Origin: an uncultured Planctomycetia bacterium
Lineage (GTDB): Bacteria > Omnitrophota > Gorgyraeia > Tantalellales > Tantalellaceae
Direction of reading: 5' to 3'
Length of the DNA stretch: 64,000 bases
Assembly (NCBI GenBank): GCA_964431495.1
Contig: CAYSJU010000001.1
Span: 31,574 to 95,573 of the forward strand
Shown piece by piece: positions 63,459 to 64,000 of this stretch. Both the position numbers and the translations under genes were made by a program. Positions within the stretch are counted from its first letter, which is position 1. Each line of letters begins with the position of its first letter. The notes under the pieces were generated by a model. The model was not told where the DNA came from. It worked only from the letters and a program-made list of their open reading frames with translations, and made no database searches.

Positions 63459-63887
63459 ATGGAGGAGAAAATGGTCGAAGAAAACAAAGAAATGTTCGGT
63501 CCGCATTTAATGCTGGATCTGACAGAGTGTAAGGCGGGAAAACTCAAGGATTATGAGCTCATTTTTGACATCCTGGACGATCTTCCTGAAAAGATAGGCA
63601 TGACAAAGATCACCAAGCCGTATGTGTTCCCATACAGCGGTCTGGTTCCAGAGGATAAGGGCATAACAGGAACGGTGATCATCGCCGAAAGCCATATTTC
63701 CATCCATTCTTTTCAGGAAAAAGACTACTGCTTTGTTGATGTTTTTTCCTGTAAGGATTTTGACGTAGACTTTGCGGCTAATTACCTGATAGACGTGTTT
63801 GAATCAAAGAAGTATGAAAAATACGTCGTGCAGAGAGGCAAGGATTTTGTCAGGTTCAGAGAGCCAGCAATGATTAAAGCCGTATGA
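63459..63887 (+). CDS. speH: S-adenosylmethionine decarboxylase proenzyme (pyruvoyl-dependent, small bacterial/archaeal class)
   Basis: Self-processing motif IIAESHISIHSFQEK. The N-terminal GPHLMLDL and a length of about 140 aa fit the family. An alternative ATG lies at 63471. Confidence 0.88.
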   Translation: MEEKMVEENKEMFGPHLMLDLTECKAGKLKDYELIFDILDDLPEKIGMTKITKPYVFPYSGLVPEDKGITGTVIIAESHISIHSFQEKDYCFVDVFSCKDFDVDFAANYLIDVFESKKYEKYVVQRGKDFVRFREPAMIKAV

Positions 63888-63908
63888 TCCCGGCCTTATG
63901 ATGAGACA

Positions 63909-64000
63909 ATGGCACAGAATAAAGGTTTTGCAGGTCTGGATGCACAATTCACCAGCTGGAACGCGTCTCGCATAGCTGTTCTTCCGATCCCATATGATAA
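63909..64000 (+). CDS. 5' end of an arginase/agmatinase-family (speB-like) gene, truncated by the window edge
   Basis: MAQNKGFAGLDAQFTSWNASRIAVLPIPYD resembles agmatinase N-termini (h-h-G-h-P-h-D). Position next to speH supports the call. Only 30 codons are visible. Confidence 0.4.
   Translation, partial: MAQNKGFAGLDAQFTSWNASRIAVLPIPYD

Overview
64-kb window from what looks like an uncultivated bacterium. The gene content and the giant ORF recall Omnitrophota-type genomes, but this is inference only, since no search was possible. All calls come from reading the six-frame translations and the DNA by eye, and domain calls rest on recalled family motifs, not database hits. The first 26.4 kb is one uninterrupted + strand ORF (8,791 codons in the window) that is still open at the 5' edge. 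It encodes a giant protein with these parts: a complete but divergent SecA-like ATPase motor; kilobases of TPR/alpha-helical repeats; charged low-complexity spacers; internal tandem repeats; at least four hydrophobic (TM) clusters; and a C-terminal alpha/beta domain. Two secreted TPR proteins follow it, then a REP-associated tyrosine transposase (RAYT) flanked by three identical REP hairpins. A second accessory block (36.4-45.5 kb) encodes a 1,932-aa membrane-anchored protein and a 988-aa signal-peptide protein (HD + DUF692-like TIM barrel). Both end in the same C-terminal motif as the giant protein. The rest is housekeeping: glgP, UvrD-type helicase, Nudix, HAD, era, mgtE, purH, folC, mnmE, folE, PAP2-like, LysM-L,D-transpeptidase, accA, gpmI, tRNA-Leu, tRNA-Ala, speH and an agmatinase-like start. 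One exception is an RsbW/STAS/PP2C partner-switching set interleaved with mlaEFD. Intergenic regions carry several families of hairpin repeats with conserved loops and variable stems, plus several near-consensus sigma70-type promoters. No CRISPR array, rRNA or prophage was seen.
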